A program made the position numbers and the translations under genes. The notes below the pieces were generated by a model that saw only the letters and a list, made by a program, of their open reading frames with translations, did no database searches and was not told where the DNA came from. Shown here piece after piece: positions 22,639-32,024 of a stretch of 64,000 nt of DNA (position 1 is its first letter; every line of letters begins with the position of its first letter). The DNA is from an uncultured Chloroflexia bacterium (GTDB lineage: Bacteria > Chloroflexota > Limnocylindria > QHBO01), in assembly GCA_963771155.1 (NCBI GenBank), contig CAVYSK010000001.1, forward strand, positions 20,457 to 84,456, in the 5' to 3' direction.

Positions 22639-22668
22639 AGGGTACGGTTCGCGCACCGTACCTGTCAA
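22639..22668 (-). promoter_or_regulatory. Sigma70-type promoter with overlapping palindromic operator GGTACGGT-N6-ACCGTACC
   Basis: TTGACA (22663-22668), TACCCT (22639-22644), perfect 8-bp inverted repeat 22641-22662. Confidence 0.6.
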
Positions 22669-22671
22669 CAC

Positions 22672-23969
22672 TTAATTGACCGTGAGCGCCTCGCTGGTTA
22701 ACTCATAGGCGCCGCGATGGTCGCCCCGCTCCGCGCGGAGATCGGCCCATTCGCGCAGGACCTCGCGAAGCCGATTCGGCACGCGGCTCTCGCGGGCGGT
22801 CCGAGCCGCCTCTCCGAACCGCTCCTCCGCCTCGCCGATCCGACCCGCCTGGCGCAGGGCGCGGGCCTCGGTGATCATCGAGACCAGCTCGACGTACGAG
22901 TTCCCCCGCGTGCCGCGGTCGCTCGGGCAGCCCCGGTCAACCTCAGCGCCTCGTCCACGTCCCCACTGGCCAGCGCCACCTGCGCCTCGGTGTCCAGCAC
23001 GGCGGCGAGCCACCGCTCGTCGCCGGCCTCCTCGATCTGGCGTCGCGCATCGGCCGCCAGGTCCCGCGCGCGTTCCACCTGCCCGGTGGCGAGGTACGCG
23101 AGCGCCAGGTCGTTCTCGATTCGGGCGGACTCGAAGATTGCTCCGGCCGCGCGGTACAGGGCCATGCCCTGGGTCCCTGAGCGGATGGCCGCCTCGAAGT
23201 CGCCGACCTCGCGGTAGCCGATGGCCAGGTTGAACAGGAACGCGGCGCGCCGGCGATCGTCGAGGTCGGCGGCCAGACCGCGAGCCTCTTCGAGGTAGGT
23301 CAGGGCCCGTGCCGCCTGCCCGGTATGGGACTCGACGGCCGCCAGCGAGGTGAGCAGGCGCATCTCGAAGTCCGGCTCGACCTGGAGGCCGCCGCGGACC
23401 TGCTCGAGGAGCGCGGTCAGGACGCTGCGCGCATCGGGCTCGTTGTCGGACTGGTACAGGCCGTAGGCGAGCCAGTAGCGCGCCAGTGCCGCATCGGACT
23501 CGCGTCCGGCCTCGGCGTACAGGCGTGCCGCCTCCGAGGCCGCGGCGATCGTCTCCTTGCCGCGGTCGAGCCGCGCCGAAGCCTCGGCCAGGCCGCGCAG
23601 GAGGTCGGCGCGCACCGTCTCGTCCGTGGCGTCGTCGAGGAGCGATGTGTATCCGTCGGCGGCCTCCTGCCACTCCCCGGCGGCAAGCCGCATGTCGACC
23701 TCGAGCCGCGTCCAGGCAGGATGCGCCTCGTCGATGAAGTGGCTGGCCGGAAGGTTCAGTCGCTCCGAGAGATAGCTGAGGGCGACCATCGAGGGCCGGG
23801 CGATGCCCGTCTCCAGGGCACTCACATACGCCTTGGTGTAGCGCTCCCCGGCGAGCTGCTGCTGGGTGAGCCCGGCGCGGTGTCGAGCCTCGCGGATTCG
23901 CTGGCCGATGCGTCGCGCGAGCTCACGGTCCTTGTCGGTTGCGCGGGCACTCGTCCTGGTCCGTGGCAT
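22672..23969 (-). CDS. XRE-family HTH + TPR regulator (RRNPP/PlcR-NprR-like architecture), one frameshift near 22930
   Basis: IGQRIREARHRAGLTQQQLAGERYTKAYVSALETGIARPS followed by all-helical TPR-like repeats. Confidence 0.85.
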
Positions 23970-24145
23970 GGCGGCAGTGTACAACGCGATGGCAAGCGTG
24001 AGTTGACCGACTGAGTGCACGAAGGTACTCCCACGCTCCGAGCGAGGCAGGACCGATGGGTCATTGCGGGCTGGTCCCATTGGCGCGACGGTGCCTGTAC
24101 GCGGCCGCTCACCGACCAACCGGGCCGCCCCTAGGAGCAGGACCG

Positions 24146-24271
24146 ATGCGATACACGCGAATCGCCCGCACCCTGATGATCGCCGGCACGACCGCGGCGC
24201 TGAGCATCCTCAGCATCGTCTCGACCGTGTTGGCCGCGTCGGGTGGCGGAGACTTCCCCCGCCTTCGCTAG
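24146..24271 (+). CDS. 41-aa putative secreted signalling propeptide
   Basis: AGGAG RBS at 24133; MRYTRIARTLMIAGTTAALSILSIVSTVLA-ASGGGDFPRLR has a basic N-region, hydrophobic core and VLA cleavage motif. Confidence 0.7.
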   Translation: MRYTRIARTLMIAGTTAALSILSIVSTVLAASGGGDFPRLR

Positions 24272-24340
24272 ACAGCGGATCTGATCCGGGCCCTGCCGAG
24301 CCGGGCCCCCGTTGGCGGGCGCCCCCGATACCAGTACTGG

Positions 24341-24934
24341 CTAGTGCTCGTGCTGGTAGTACGGGTTGGCGCCTGACTCGTGATCGGTCACGTCCACGAT
24401 CGCACTGATCGAGGGAACCGCGGTGCGGATGGCCGTCTCCACGCCCTGCTTGAGGGTCACGTCCACCGCCGCGCAGCCCTGGCAACCGCCGCCGAACCGC
24501 ATATACGCGGTGCCGTCGCGCACGTCCACCAGGGTCACCATCCCACCGTGGGACCCGACGCCAGGGTTGATCTGGCGGTCGATCACGTCCTGCACCGCGC
24601 GTGCGACCGGGTCCTGCCATCCTTCGTTGGGATTGTCGATCTTCAGGCCACCGCCGGTGACCATCGGGTCCAGGTCGACAGTCGCGCCGGCCACGTCGGC
24701 CGCGGTGAGCGGGTCGAGTACCACGGTCAGGCCGTCGAGGTCCACCGCGAGGTCGTCGGCGCCGCGATCTCGGGGATCCTCGAGCGCGATCTCGTAGTGG
24801 AATCGCGGGCCATCCTTGGCGGTGACGCGGATGCGCAGCACCGCCTCGGGGAAGTCGTTGAAGGTTCGGACGCCGTCGATCTTCGTGCGGGCGTCCGGGG
24901 TGACGGTGAGCAGCGAGTCAATCATCGGTGCCAT
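24341..24934 (-). CDS. nfuA: Fe-S cluster biogenesis protein NfuA-like (ATC-like + NifU domain)
   Basis: INPGVGSHGG, FGGGCQGC, TLKQGVE, DVTDHESGANPYY. Confidence 0.9.
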   Translation of the reverse strand: MAPMIDSLLTVTPDARTKIDGVRTFNDFPEAVLRIRVTAKDGPRFHYEIALEDPRDRGADDLAVDLDGLTVVLDPLTAADVAGATVDLDPMVTGGGLKIDNPNEGWQDPVARAVQDVIDRQINPGVGSHGGMVTLVDVRDGTAYMRFGGGCQGCAAVDVTLKQGVETAIRTAVPSISAIVDVTDHESGANPYYQHEH

Positions 24935-24966
24935 GGTAGCCCACGCCGGCACATCGCCCACGCCGG

Positions 24967-27552
24967 TCAGATCGGCGGCAGCACCTGGTCATCGGTGAGG
25001 ACCGCCCCGAAGTCGTCCGCGACTTCGGAAACGCGGTCGAGAGCCGTGCGAATCGTCCATCGGTCGGGCCGCAGGTCGGGGTCGTCCAGCTCATCCCAGC
25101 GGATCGGCATGCTCACCGGGGCACCGGGCGCCGGTCGCGGGCTGTACGGCGCAACGAGGGTCTTGTTGATCGCGTTCTGCGTGAAGTCAAGCCGTGCCTT
25201 GCCCTTCCGCGCCCGCTTCGCCCACTCCCAGCTGACGAGGTCGGGCACGGTCGAGCCGACGGCGCGCGAGAGGCCCTCCACCCAGTCGCGGGTTTCGTCG
25301 AAGGTCGGGCCGCGGCGAATGCCGATCCAGACCTGGATGCCCCGCTTGCCGGTGACCTTCGGATGGCCGCGCACGTCGAGGTGCTCGAGCGCCGCGCGGT
25401 AGAGCCGCGCGAGGGTCAGCAGCTCCTCCCAGGTCGTGTCCGGTCCGGGGTCGATGTCGATCAGGGCATACGCCGGCCGGTCGGGCGCATCGGTCCGGCT
25501 CGTCCACGGATGGAGCTCGACTGCGGCCTCCTGTGCCAGCCAGGCCAAGGTCGCCGCGCTGTCCACGACGGGGTAGTCCTTCGGCCCCTCCTCGCGATGG
25601 TGGTACGTCCAGCGCTTCACCCACTCCGGAGCATGCTTGGGCAGGTCCTTTTGCCAGAAGCCCTTCTGCTCGGTGCCGTTCGGGTAGCGCTGGACGGTCA
25701 GCCCTCGCCCATCCAGGAACGGAACGAGCACGGGTGCCACCGAGACCACGTATCGGAAGAGGTCGCGCTTGGTGACCGGGTCCTCGCCCTCACGGGCTGG
25801 GAACAGGACCTTGTCCAGGTTCGTGACCCGGATGTCGTGGCCCCCGACGGTCCAGGTGCCCTCCTTCTCGAGGGCGTCGAGGGCCGCGAGCTCGTCGTCC
25901 TTCCTCGCCATCGCCCGCGAAGTATGGGCGCGCTCGGCCTCCTCCGTGGCTCGCGCGGTCGACACGGCTCGCTCGCGACGGACGTCGCGTGGATCCTTGC
26001 CCGGCTCGACGCCCTTGTAGGCTGCCTGGCGCAGCAGTCCGTCCGCGGTCCACTCGGCGAACTCGACCCGGATCACGAGGCGCGGCTCGACCCATCGGGC
26101 GCCCTTCAGCCGCGGCACGGGTTCCAGGGGCGAATCAGCGCGCTCGATCTCCTCGAGCTGGGTGCGCAGGTCGCGTCGGGTCCGCGCGTCGAACCCGCTT
26201 CCCACCTGCCCCGCGTGCACCCAGCGGTCGCCGGTGCGCACGGCGAGGATCAGCGAGCCGAGATCGACTGCGCTCCCCTGCCCCGGCAGCCACCCGACGA
26301 CGACGACTTCCTGCTCGAGGCGCACCTTCAGCTTGAGCCAGGACTTGCTGCGCCGATCCGGCTCATACGGCGAGCGTCGCAGCTTGGCGACGATGCCTTC
26401 GACCTCCTGCTGGCGCGCCGCCCCGAAGAAGGCGATGCCGTCGGTCTCGACGTGCCCCGCAAATCGGACCATCGGATGCGGCCGAAGGCGGTCGTGGAGC
26501 AGCCGCTTGCGCTCTTCGAGCGGCACGTCGAGCAACGAGCGACCGTCCAGGTAGAGGAGGTCGAACGCCTCGTACACGATCTGGGCCGGTGTCCCACGCC
26601 GCTTGCCGCCCGGGCTACGGCCGGTCCGGATCCCGGTGTGGTCCTGGAGCAGGCTGAAGCGCGGCCGGCCCTTGTCGTCGAGCGCCACGACCTCGCCGTC
26701 GACGATCGCCTCCCGCGCTTCGATCCAGCCGCTCGCGGTTGCGAGGTCGGGGAAGTACTGGGCAGCGTCCTGCCGGCGCCGCGTCCAGATTCGCACCGTC
26801 CCGTCGCGCACGACCGCCTCGACCCGGTAGCCATCCCACTTGACCTCGAACAGCCAGTCCGGATCGGTGAACGGCTCCGTGGCGAGGGTGGCCTTCATCG
26901 GCGCGATGAAGTCGGGCATCGGCGCGTCGGTGGCGGCCGACAGGTCGATCTCGCCCGGCGGCTTGGGCGGCGCCTCCTCGAATGTGGCCGAGACGCCGTT
27001 GAGCACGTCGTCATTCGTGCGGCCCGTCTTCACGCTCGCCGGGTGATCCTCCGCGTCCCAGCCGTCGACCGCGAACTCGTCACGTTTCTTGAGCAGCAGC
27101 CAGCGCTCGCGACCGTCGTCGGAATCGGTGCGCACGATCGTGTAGCGGCCACCCAACCGCTTCCCGTGCAGGATGAACTTGACCTCGCCCTTGCGAACGG
27201 CCTTCCGCGGATCCGGCGTCTCAGCTTCCGGCTCCCAGGTGCCCCAGTCCCAGACGATGACGTCCCCCGCGCCGTACTGCTTCTTCGGGATGACGCCCTC
27301 GAAATCGAGGTACTCGATCGGATGGTCCTCGGTCCGCATCGCCAGACGGCGCTGGTCCGGGTCGAGGGTCGGTCCCTTCGGCACCGCCCAGCTGACGAGC
27401 ACCCCGTCGATCTCGAGGCGGAAGTCGTAGTGGAGTGCCGTTGCGCGGTGGCGCTGCACCGTGAAGCGGCCGCTGCGCTCGACGAGGTCCCCCGGCGAGG
27501 GCTCTGGGGTCGCCCCGAAGTCGCGCTTGCGCCGGTACTCCTCGAGTGGCAT
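24967..27552 (-). CDS. ligD: DNA ligase D (phosphoesterase + ATP-dependent ligase + primase-polymerase)
   Basis: QRHRATALHYDFRLE, FEVKWDGYR, EGIVAK, TNLDKVLFP, IDIDP, VTGKRGIQV. Confidence 0.96.
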   Translation of the reverse strand: MPLEEYRRKRDFGATPEPSPGDLVERSGRFTVQRHRATALHYDFRLEIDGVLVSWAVPKGPTLDPDQRRLAMRTEDHPIEYLDFEGVIPKKQYGAGDVIVWDWGTWEPEAETPDPRKAVRKGEVKFILHGKRLGGRYTIVRTDSDDGRERWLLLKKRDEFAVDGWDAEDHPASVKTGRTNDDVLNGVSATFEEAPPKPPGEIDLSAATDAPMPDFIAPMKATLATEPFTDPDWLFEVKWDGYRVEAVVRDGTVRIWTRRRQDAAQYFPDLATASGWIEAREAIVDGEVVALDDKGRPRFSLLQDHTGIRTGRSPGGKRRGTPAQIVYEAFDLLYLDGRSLLDVPLEERKRLLHDRLRPHPMVRFAGHVETDGIAFFGAARQQEVEGIVAKLRRSPYEPDRRSKSWLKLKVRLEQEVVVVGWLPGQGSAVDLGSLILAVRTGDRWVHAGQVGSGFDARTRRDLRTQLEEIERADSPLEPVPRLKGARWVEPRLVIRVEFAEWTADGLLRQAAYKGVEPGKDPRDVRRERAVSTARATEEAERAHTSRAMARKDDELAALDALEKEGTWTVGGHDIRVTNLDKVLFPAREGEDPVTKRDLFRYVVSVAPVLVPFLDGRGLTVQRYPNGTEQKGFWQKDLPKHAPEWVKRWTYHHREEGPKDYPVVDSAATLAWLAQEAAVELHPWTSRTDAPDRPAYALIDIDPGPDTTWEELLTLARLYRAALEHLDVRGHPKVTGKRGIQVWIGIRRGPTFDETRDWVEGLSRAVGSTVPDLVSWEWAKRARKGKARLDFTQNAINKTLVAPYSPRPAPGAPVSMPIRWDELDDPDLRPDRWTIRTALDRVSEVADDFGAVLTDDQVLPPI

Positions 27553-27555
27553 GGC

Positions 27556-28215
27556 TCAGCCCGGCAGCTCAAGCCCGCGGAGGGTGGGCAGCACGACAGC
27601 GGCGCCGGCCGATCGCAGCGTCCGCTCGTCCACGGCCGCGCCGGCAAGGACCGCCACCGGGTGCATGCCGGCCGCGACGGCGGCACGCATGTCCCAGGTC
27701 GAGTCGCCCACGTACCACGTGCGGCCCGGATCGACATCGAGCTCGTCGGCAGCCAGGAGCAGCAGGTCCGGCGCTGGCTTGGCGTGTGCGACCCGGCTGC
27801 CGTCGACGATGCGCGGCGGCCGGTCCAGGCGGAGCGCGGCGATCGAGGCCGCGACCTGCTCCGCGCGGGAGGAGGTCGCGACGGCCCATGTCACCCCTAC
27901 GCGATCGAGACGTTCGAGCGCCTCGGTGGCGCCCGACAGTGGCCGGGGCGATCGGTTGTGCCGGTCGAAGCCCTCCCCGGCGAGCCGGTCGATGCGTTCG
28001 GCAGCCTCGTCGTCCAGCTCCACCCCCGCCTCGCGCGCTACCTCGCGTGCCAGGGCCCTGCCATCCATGCCGATCATCGGCTCCAGCCGGCCGTCGGCCA
28101 CCGGGATGCCCTCGCCGGCGAACGTCTCCCGCCACGCGGCGATCCGTGCCGGCACGGTGTCCACGAGGGTCCCGTCGAGGTCGAAGATCACGGCTACGGG
28201 CCGATGGGCGTCCAC
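27556..28215 (-). CDS. HAD-family phosphatase
   Basis: FDLDGTLVDT, KPAPD, YVGDSTWD. Confidence 0.9.
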   Translation of the reverse strand: MDAHRPVAVIFDLDGTLVDTVPARIAAWRETFAGEGIPVADGRLEPMIGMDGRALAREVAREAGVELDDEAAERIDRLAGEGFDRHNRSPRPLSGATEALERLDRVGVTWAVATSSRAEQVAASIAALRLDRPPRIVDGSRVAHAKPAPDLLLLAADELDVDPGRTWYVGDSTWDMRAAVAAGMHPVAVLAGAAVDERTLRSAGAAVVLPTLRGLELPG

Positions 28216-28267
28216 GCCGTCATGCTAGTGGCGGCGTCCGCACTGCGTCGGGGATACTCCAGCCACC

Positions 28268-28867
28268 GTGCCGATCGACCCGACCACGCTCGACCCCGAT
28301 CCGATTCGCCAGCTCGGCGCCTGGCTGGCCGATGCCGAGACCGCCGGCGTTCCCCTGGCCAACGCGTTCGCCCTCGCCACCGCCGATGGCGACGGGGCTC
28401 CATCCGTGCGCTTCGTCCTCCTCCACGGCCTGGACGCCGAGGGCCTTCGGTACTACACGAACCGCGGCAGCCGCAAGGGCCGCGACATCGCGATCAACCC
28501 CTGGGCTTCCGCCGCGTTCTGGTGGGCGGCGCTCGACCGCCAGGCGCGGGTCTCCGGCCCCGTCCGCCAGCTCCCCGACGACGCCTCCCTGGCGTATTGG
28601 CGATCCCGGCCGCGCGGCAGCCAGCTGTCGGCGGCGGCCTCGGACCAGAGCCGCGAGATCGGCTCGCGAGAGGAGCTCGAGTCCGCGGTGGCCGCGATCG
28701 CCGCACAGCATCCGGACGAGGTCCCGCTGCCGCCGTTCTGGGGTGGCTATCTGCTCATCCCACAAACTGTCGAGTTCTGGGAGAGCCGGTCCGACCGGCT
28801 GCACGATCGCGTCGAGTATCGCCGCGGTGCGGACGGCTCCTGGCACCCGCGCCGCCTGCAACCGTAA
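28268..28867 (+). CDS. pdxH: Pyridoxamine 5'-phosphate oxidase
   Basis: LATAD, PSVRFVLL, SRKG, SRPRGSQ, WGGY, EFW..RLHDR. Confidence 0.95.
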   Translation: MPIDPTTLDPDPIRQLGAWLADAETAGVPLANAFALATADGDGAPSVRFVLLHGLDAEGLRYYTNRGSRKGRDIAINPWASAAFWWAALDRQARVSGPVRQLPDDASLAYWRSRPRGSQLSAAASDQSREIGSREELESAVAAIAAQHPDEVPLPPFWGGYLLIPQTVEFWESRSDRLHDRVEYRRGADGSWHPRRLQP

Positions 28868-28906
28868 CGGCGGGCTCGGCGCCCCCGCGTCCGGCATACT
28901 CGACGC

Positions 28907-29809
28907 ATGCCCGCCGGCGTCTGCATCATCGGTTCCATCAACGTCGACCTGGTCGTTGCCGCTGACCGCCTCCCGGAGCCCGGCGAGACCGTGCTGGGCG
29001 GGCGCTTCGCAACCCACGATGGCGGCAAGGGTGCGAACCAGGCCGTGGCGGCGGCACGCGCGGGCGCCCGGGTCGTGATGATCGGCGCCGTCGGTCATGA
29101 CGCATACGGGCAACGCGCCCTCGCCGCACTCGAGTCAGAGGGCGTCGACGTGTCCGGCATTCGCCAGGTCGAGGCCGAGCCGACGGGCGTCGCGATCATC
29201 GCCGTCGGCCCGCGGGGCGAGAACCAGATCGTCGTCGCACCGGGCGCCAATGCAACCCTGGAGCTCGATGAGGCCGATCGCTCCCGCGTCGCGGATGCGG
29301 CGGTCGTGCTCACGAACCACGAGGTGCCGAACGAGGTGGTCGTTGCGGCGCTCACGGTCGCCCAACGGGCCGGAGCGACCGCGATCCTCAATCCTGCCCC
29401 GGCACGCGCCCTACCAGCCGACGTGCTCCGACTGGGACCGATCCTCACGCCGAATGAGCACGAGCTCGTTGTCGCCATCGGGAATGACGAGACCGATGCG
29501 GCCCTGGACGAGCTGGTCGCTCGCCACGCCGGGCCGATCGTGGTCACCCAGGGGCCGGCCGGCGCCTTGCTGGCACACGGCGACCGGCGCGAGCGCTACC
29601 CCGGGCGGGTCCCGCCCGGGCTGATCGATACGACCGGGGCCGGTGACACGTTCAACGGCGTGCTCGCCGCCTGGCTGGCGTCCGGCGCGGCGCTCGAGGC
29701 CGCCATCGAGGCCGCCAATGCCGCCGCGGCCCTATCGGTCGCGGCGGCAGGGGCGCGGGGCGGCATGCCGACCCGCGAGGCGATCGAGACCTACCTCGCG
29801 GACGGCTGA
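28907..29809 (+). CDS. rbsK: Ribokinase
   Basis: GSINVDLV, GGKGANQAVAAAR, LNPAP, DTTGAGDTF. Confidence 0.9.
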   Translation: MPAGVCIIGSINVDLVVAADRLPEPGETVLGGRFATHDGGKGANQAVAAARAGARVVMIGAVGHDAYGQRALAALESEGVDVSGIRQVEAEPTGVAIIAVGPRGENQIVVAPGANATLELDEADRSRVADAAVVLTNHEVPNEVVVAALTVAQRAGATAILNPAPARALPADVLRLGPILTPNEHELVVAIGNDETDAALDELVARHAGPIVVTQGPAGALLAHGDRRERYPGRVPPGLIDTTGAGDTFNGVLAAWLASGAALEAAIEAANAAAALSVAAAGARGGMPTREAIETYLADG

Positions 29810-29820
29810 CGCCGCATCGG

Positions 29821-30288
29821 CTACCCGATGGCCTTCGCCTTGAGGGCCTGGAACTCCTCTTCGGTGATCGTCCCCGCCGCGCGCAGCTGCTCCAGCTTTG
29901 CGATCTGGTCGGCCGGCGTCACCTGGGCCGCGGCCGAGTAGGCCGCCTCCGCCCGGGTCATCTGCTCGATGTCGCTGGCGGTGACCTTCGGGCGAGCGAT
30001 GATGTAGATCAGCGCGCCGAGGAACGGCAGGATCACCAGCAGGAAGATCCACCCGGCCTTGCCCCCTCCGGACAGGTCACCTCGCCGGAAGATGTCGCCG
30101 AACAGCGAGATGAAGATCCAGATGAACATGAACCAGAAGAAGAAGATGATCATCGACCAGACCACGTCCCAGAACGTGAGCGAGGCCGATCCGACGTCCG
30201 CGCATCCTGCGAGCAGCAGCGCCACGAGGGCGAGTGCCGGCAGGGCGCGCCGCGCCGGCGGGACGCGAAGAGACGCGAGAGCTGTCAT
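29821..30288 (-). CDS. PLDc_N + SHOCT domain membrane protein
   Basis: FGDIFRRGDLSGGGKAGW..PFLGALIY; GTITEEEFQALKAK. Confidence 0.88.
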   Translation of the reverse strand: MTALASLRVPPARRALPALALVALLLAGCADVGSASLTFWDVVWSMIIFFFWFMFIWIFISLFGDIFRRGDLSGGGKAGWIFLLVILPFLGALIYIIARPKVTASDIEQMTRAEAAYSAAAQVTPADQIAKLEQLRAAGTITEEEFQALKAKAIG

Positions 30289-30588
30289 GGGCTTTCCTCC
30301 GAAGTATTCGAACCGCGCTGGTCGCTAGGGCGGCAGAGCCCTGCGCCAGCCAACGGACACATCATCGCATCCCGTGCGATCCGGGATCGGCGGTCTGTCG
30401 GCCTTCCCTGATACGACCGCGATTGCGCGGCTGGATGCCGACGGCCGGATCAGCTGTGCCCGTTGTGGTCTGGATCACCGGAGTCCGGGGCAAATTGGGC
30501 CTTCGAGGCCTCGACGGCCACCGCGACGTCAATGATTAACGATAGAACCTGCAGTTCGGCGGGTCAGGTGCCTAACGCCGGGCCGAGA

Positions 30589-30672
30589 CCAGCCGTTCCT
30601 ACCTACGGCCCGGGTCGTGGGTTGGAACCGACACGGTTCCAGGGCAGCCCCACGATCCGGGTCGTCGGCTGG
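30589..30672 (+). ncRNA. Candidate structured RNA / 5' leader
   Basis: Nested stems of 7 bp, 17 bp (two G-U pairs) and 8 bp. Confidence 0.45.
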
Positions 30673-30727
30673 GGCGGCACGCATGTTGCTGCAACTCTGC
30701 GCACGAGTCACACAAGGTGGTACACCG

Positions 30728-30904
30728 ATGCGAGCCGTCGACTGTCCCTGCGGCGAATTCTTGGAGGCGCGGAGCGACGCGGACCTGCTCGAAGTTGCCA
30801 AGCAGCACTCGGATGAGGCGCACCCAGGCCGCTACTCGGAGACCGAGCTGCGGATCCTGATCAACACCACGGCCTACAACTCTGCTCGGGCGGCGAGCGG
30901 CTAG
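30728..30904 (+). CDS. DUF1059-like small metal-binding protein
   Basis: MRAVDCPCGEFLEARSDADLLEVAKQHSDEAHP. Confidence 0.7.
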   Translation: MRAVDCPCGEFLEARSDADLLEVAKQHSDEAHPGRYSETELRILINTTAYNSARAASG

Positions 30905-30972
30905 GGTCCACCCGCAGCCAGAGCGATCGACGCTGCAGCCGGTCTAGCCACGCCCAACAGGAGTGGGTAGCC

Positions 30973-31176
30973 CTACGCGGCGGCCTCGCATGCCACGCAC
31001 GCGCCATCCGCAGGTCGCGTGCTGACGATCGGTCCGTCGGGGGTGAAGACGTGCCCGCACGCCGCGTGAACCTGCGCGGGCGGCGCATCCGCTTCAGGGT
31101 TCGGGGGCGTCTGCACGCGATGCCAGTGGAAGTCCGCGGTCGAGCGTGCGTACCCAAATGTCGAACTGAATGCCAT
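30973..31176 (-). CDS. Small hypothetical protein with Cys/His motif
   Basis: HWH..AACGH..CVAC. Confidence 0.5.
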   Translation of the reverse strand: MAFSSTFGYARSTADFHWHRVQTPPNPEADAPPAQVHAACGHVFTPDGPIVSTRPADGACVACEAAA

Positions 31177-31292
31177 GTCGCGAGCATACCTGAGGGATTC
31201 GCGAACGGCACATGTTCGCGGCATCGTCGCCATCGGATCGACAGACGAAGACTCCCGTATGGGGGTCATCACTTGTGCGCAGGACGGGAGTT

Positions 31293-31338
31293 TGGTGGGC
31301 GACACTGGACTCGAACCAGTGACCTCTTGCATGTCAAG
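31293..31338 (-). repeat. 46-bp duplication of tRNA-Val 3' half (att site)
   Basis: Identical to 37563-37608 (TGGTGGGCGACACTGGACTCGAACCAGTGACCTCTTGCATGTCAAG). Confidence 0.93.
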
Positions 31339-31591
31339 TATCGCCATGCCAGCGCAGTGGCGTGAGCGCGGGGATCGTAGCGAAATCGGCCTTGTTATGG
31401 CGGTGTGCCTCGGGCGCTTGACCTCTTGATCCCGGCTAAGCAGTCAGAGCGCATCAGGCAGTGAAGACGGGGCCGCCTGCACGCTACCGATCACCCACCC
31501 CTCCGCCAGCGTGCGGGAATGTCACCCCGAAGACCGAGAGCTACCCAGGCGCCCGTGTGGGACAGTGCTTGGGAGCAAACGGAGGTTCTCC

Positions 31592-31984
31592 ATGCAGACC
31601 CGCTCGTTCCCCCTCACCTCCGATGCCCGCTCCCCTGCAGGGGCAGAGATCCGGTACCTGATGGAAGGCGAGACCGGCAACATGATCCACTCCACCGTCC
31701 CGCCAGGTCAGGTGAATCGGGCGACCGTCCACGCCACGGTCAGCGAGTTCTGGCACGTTCTCTCGGGCGAGGGGCAGATCTGGCGACGAGACGGCGCAGG
31801 TGAAGAGACAACCGTTCTGGAATCAGGCGTTTCCATCGACATTCCGGTCGGGACCGCATTCCAGTATCGCTGCACCGGTGTCGACCCGCTCCAGTTCCTC
31901 TGCATCAGCATGCCGCGCTGGCCCGGCGACAAGGAGGCGACGGTCATCGAGGGGCCCTGGAAAGCGACTGCTCCCGAAGGTTGA
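31592..31984 (+). CDS. Cupin domain protein
   Basis: SPAGAEIRYL, HATVSEFWHVLSGEGQIWR, IPVGTAFQYR; GGAGG RBS. Confidence 0.85.
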   Translation: MQTRSFPLTSDARSPAGAEIRYLMEGETGNMIHSTVPPGQVNRATVHATVSEFWHVLSGEGQIWRRDGAGEETTVLESGVSIDIPVGTAFQYRCTGVDPLQFLCISMPRWPGDKEATVIEGPWKATAPEG

Positions 31985-32024
31985 CGCCGGAGGTTGGCCA
32001 GCTGGATCTGGCGGCTATCGCGAC

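Noticed and set aside
25363-28965. 1200-aa antisense ORF and similar long shadow ORFs
   Set aside because: These are stop-poor mirror frames of high-GC genes with no recognisable motifs.
31293-31338. Second tRNA-Val gene
   Set aside because: Only the 3' 46 nt are present; it is an att remnant.
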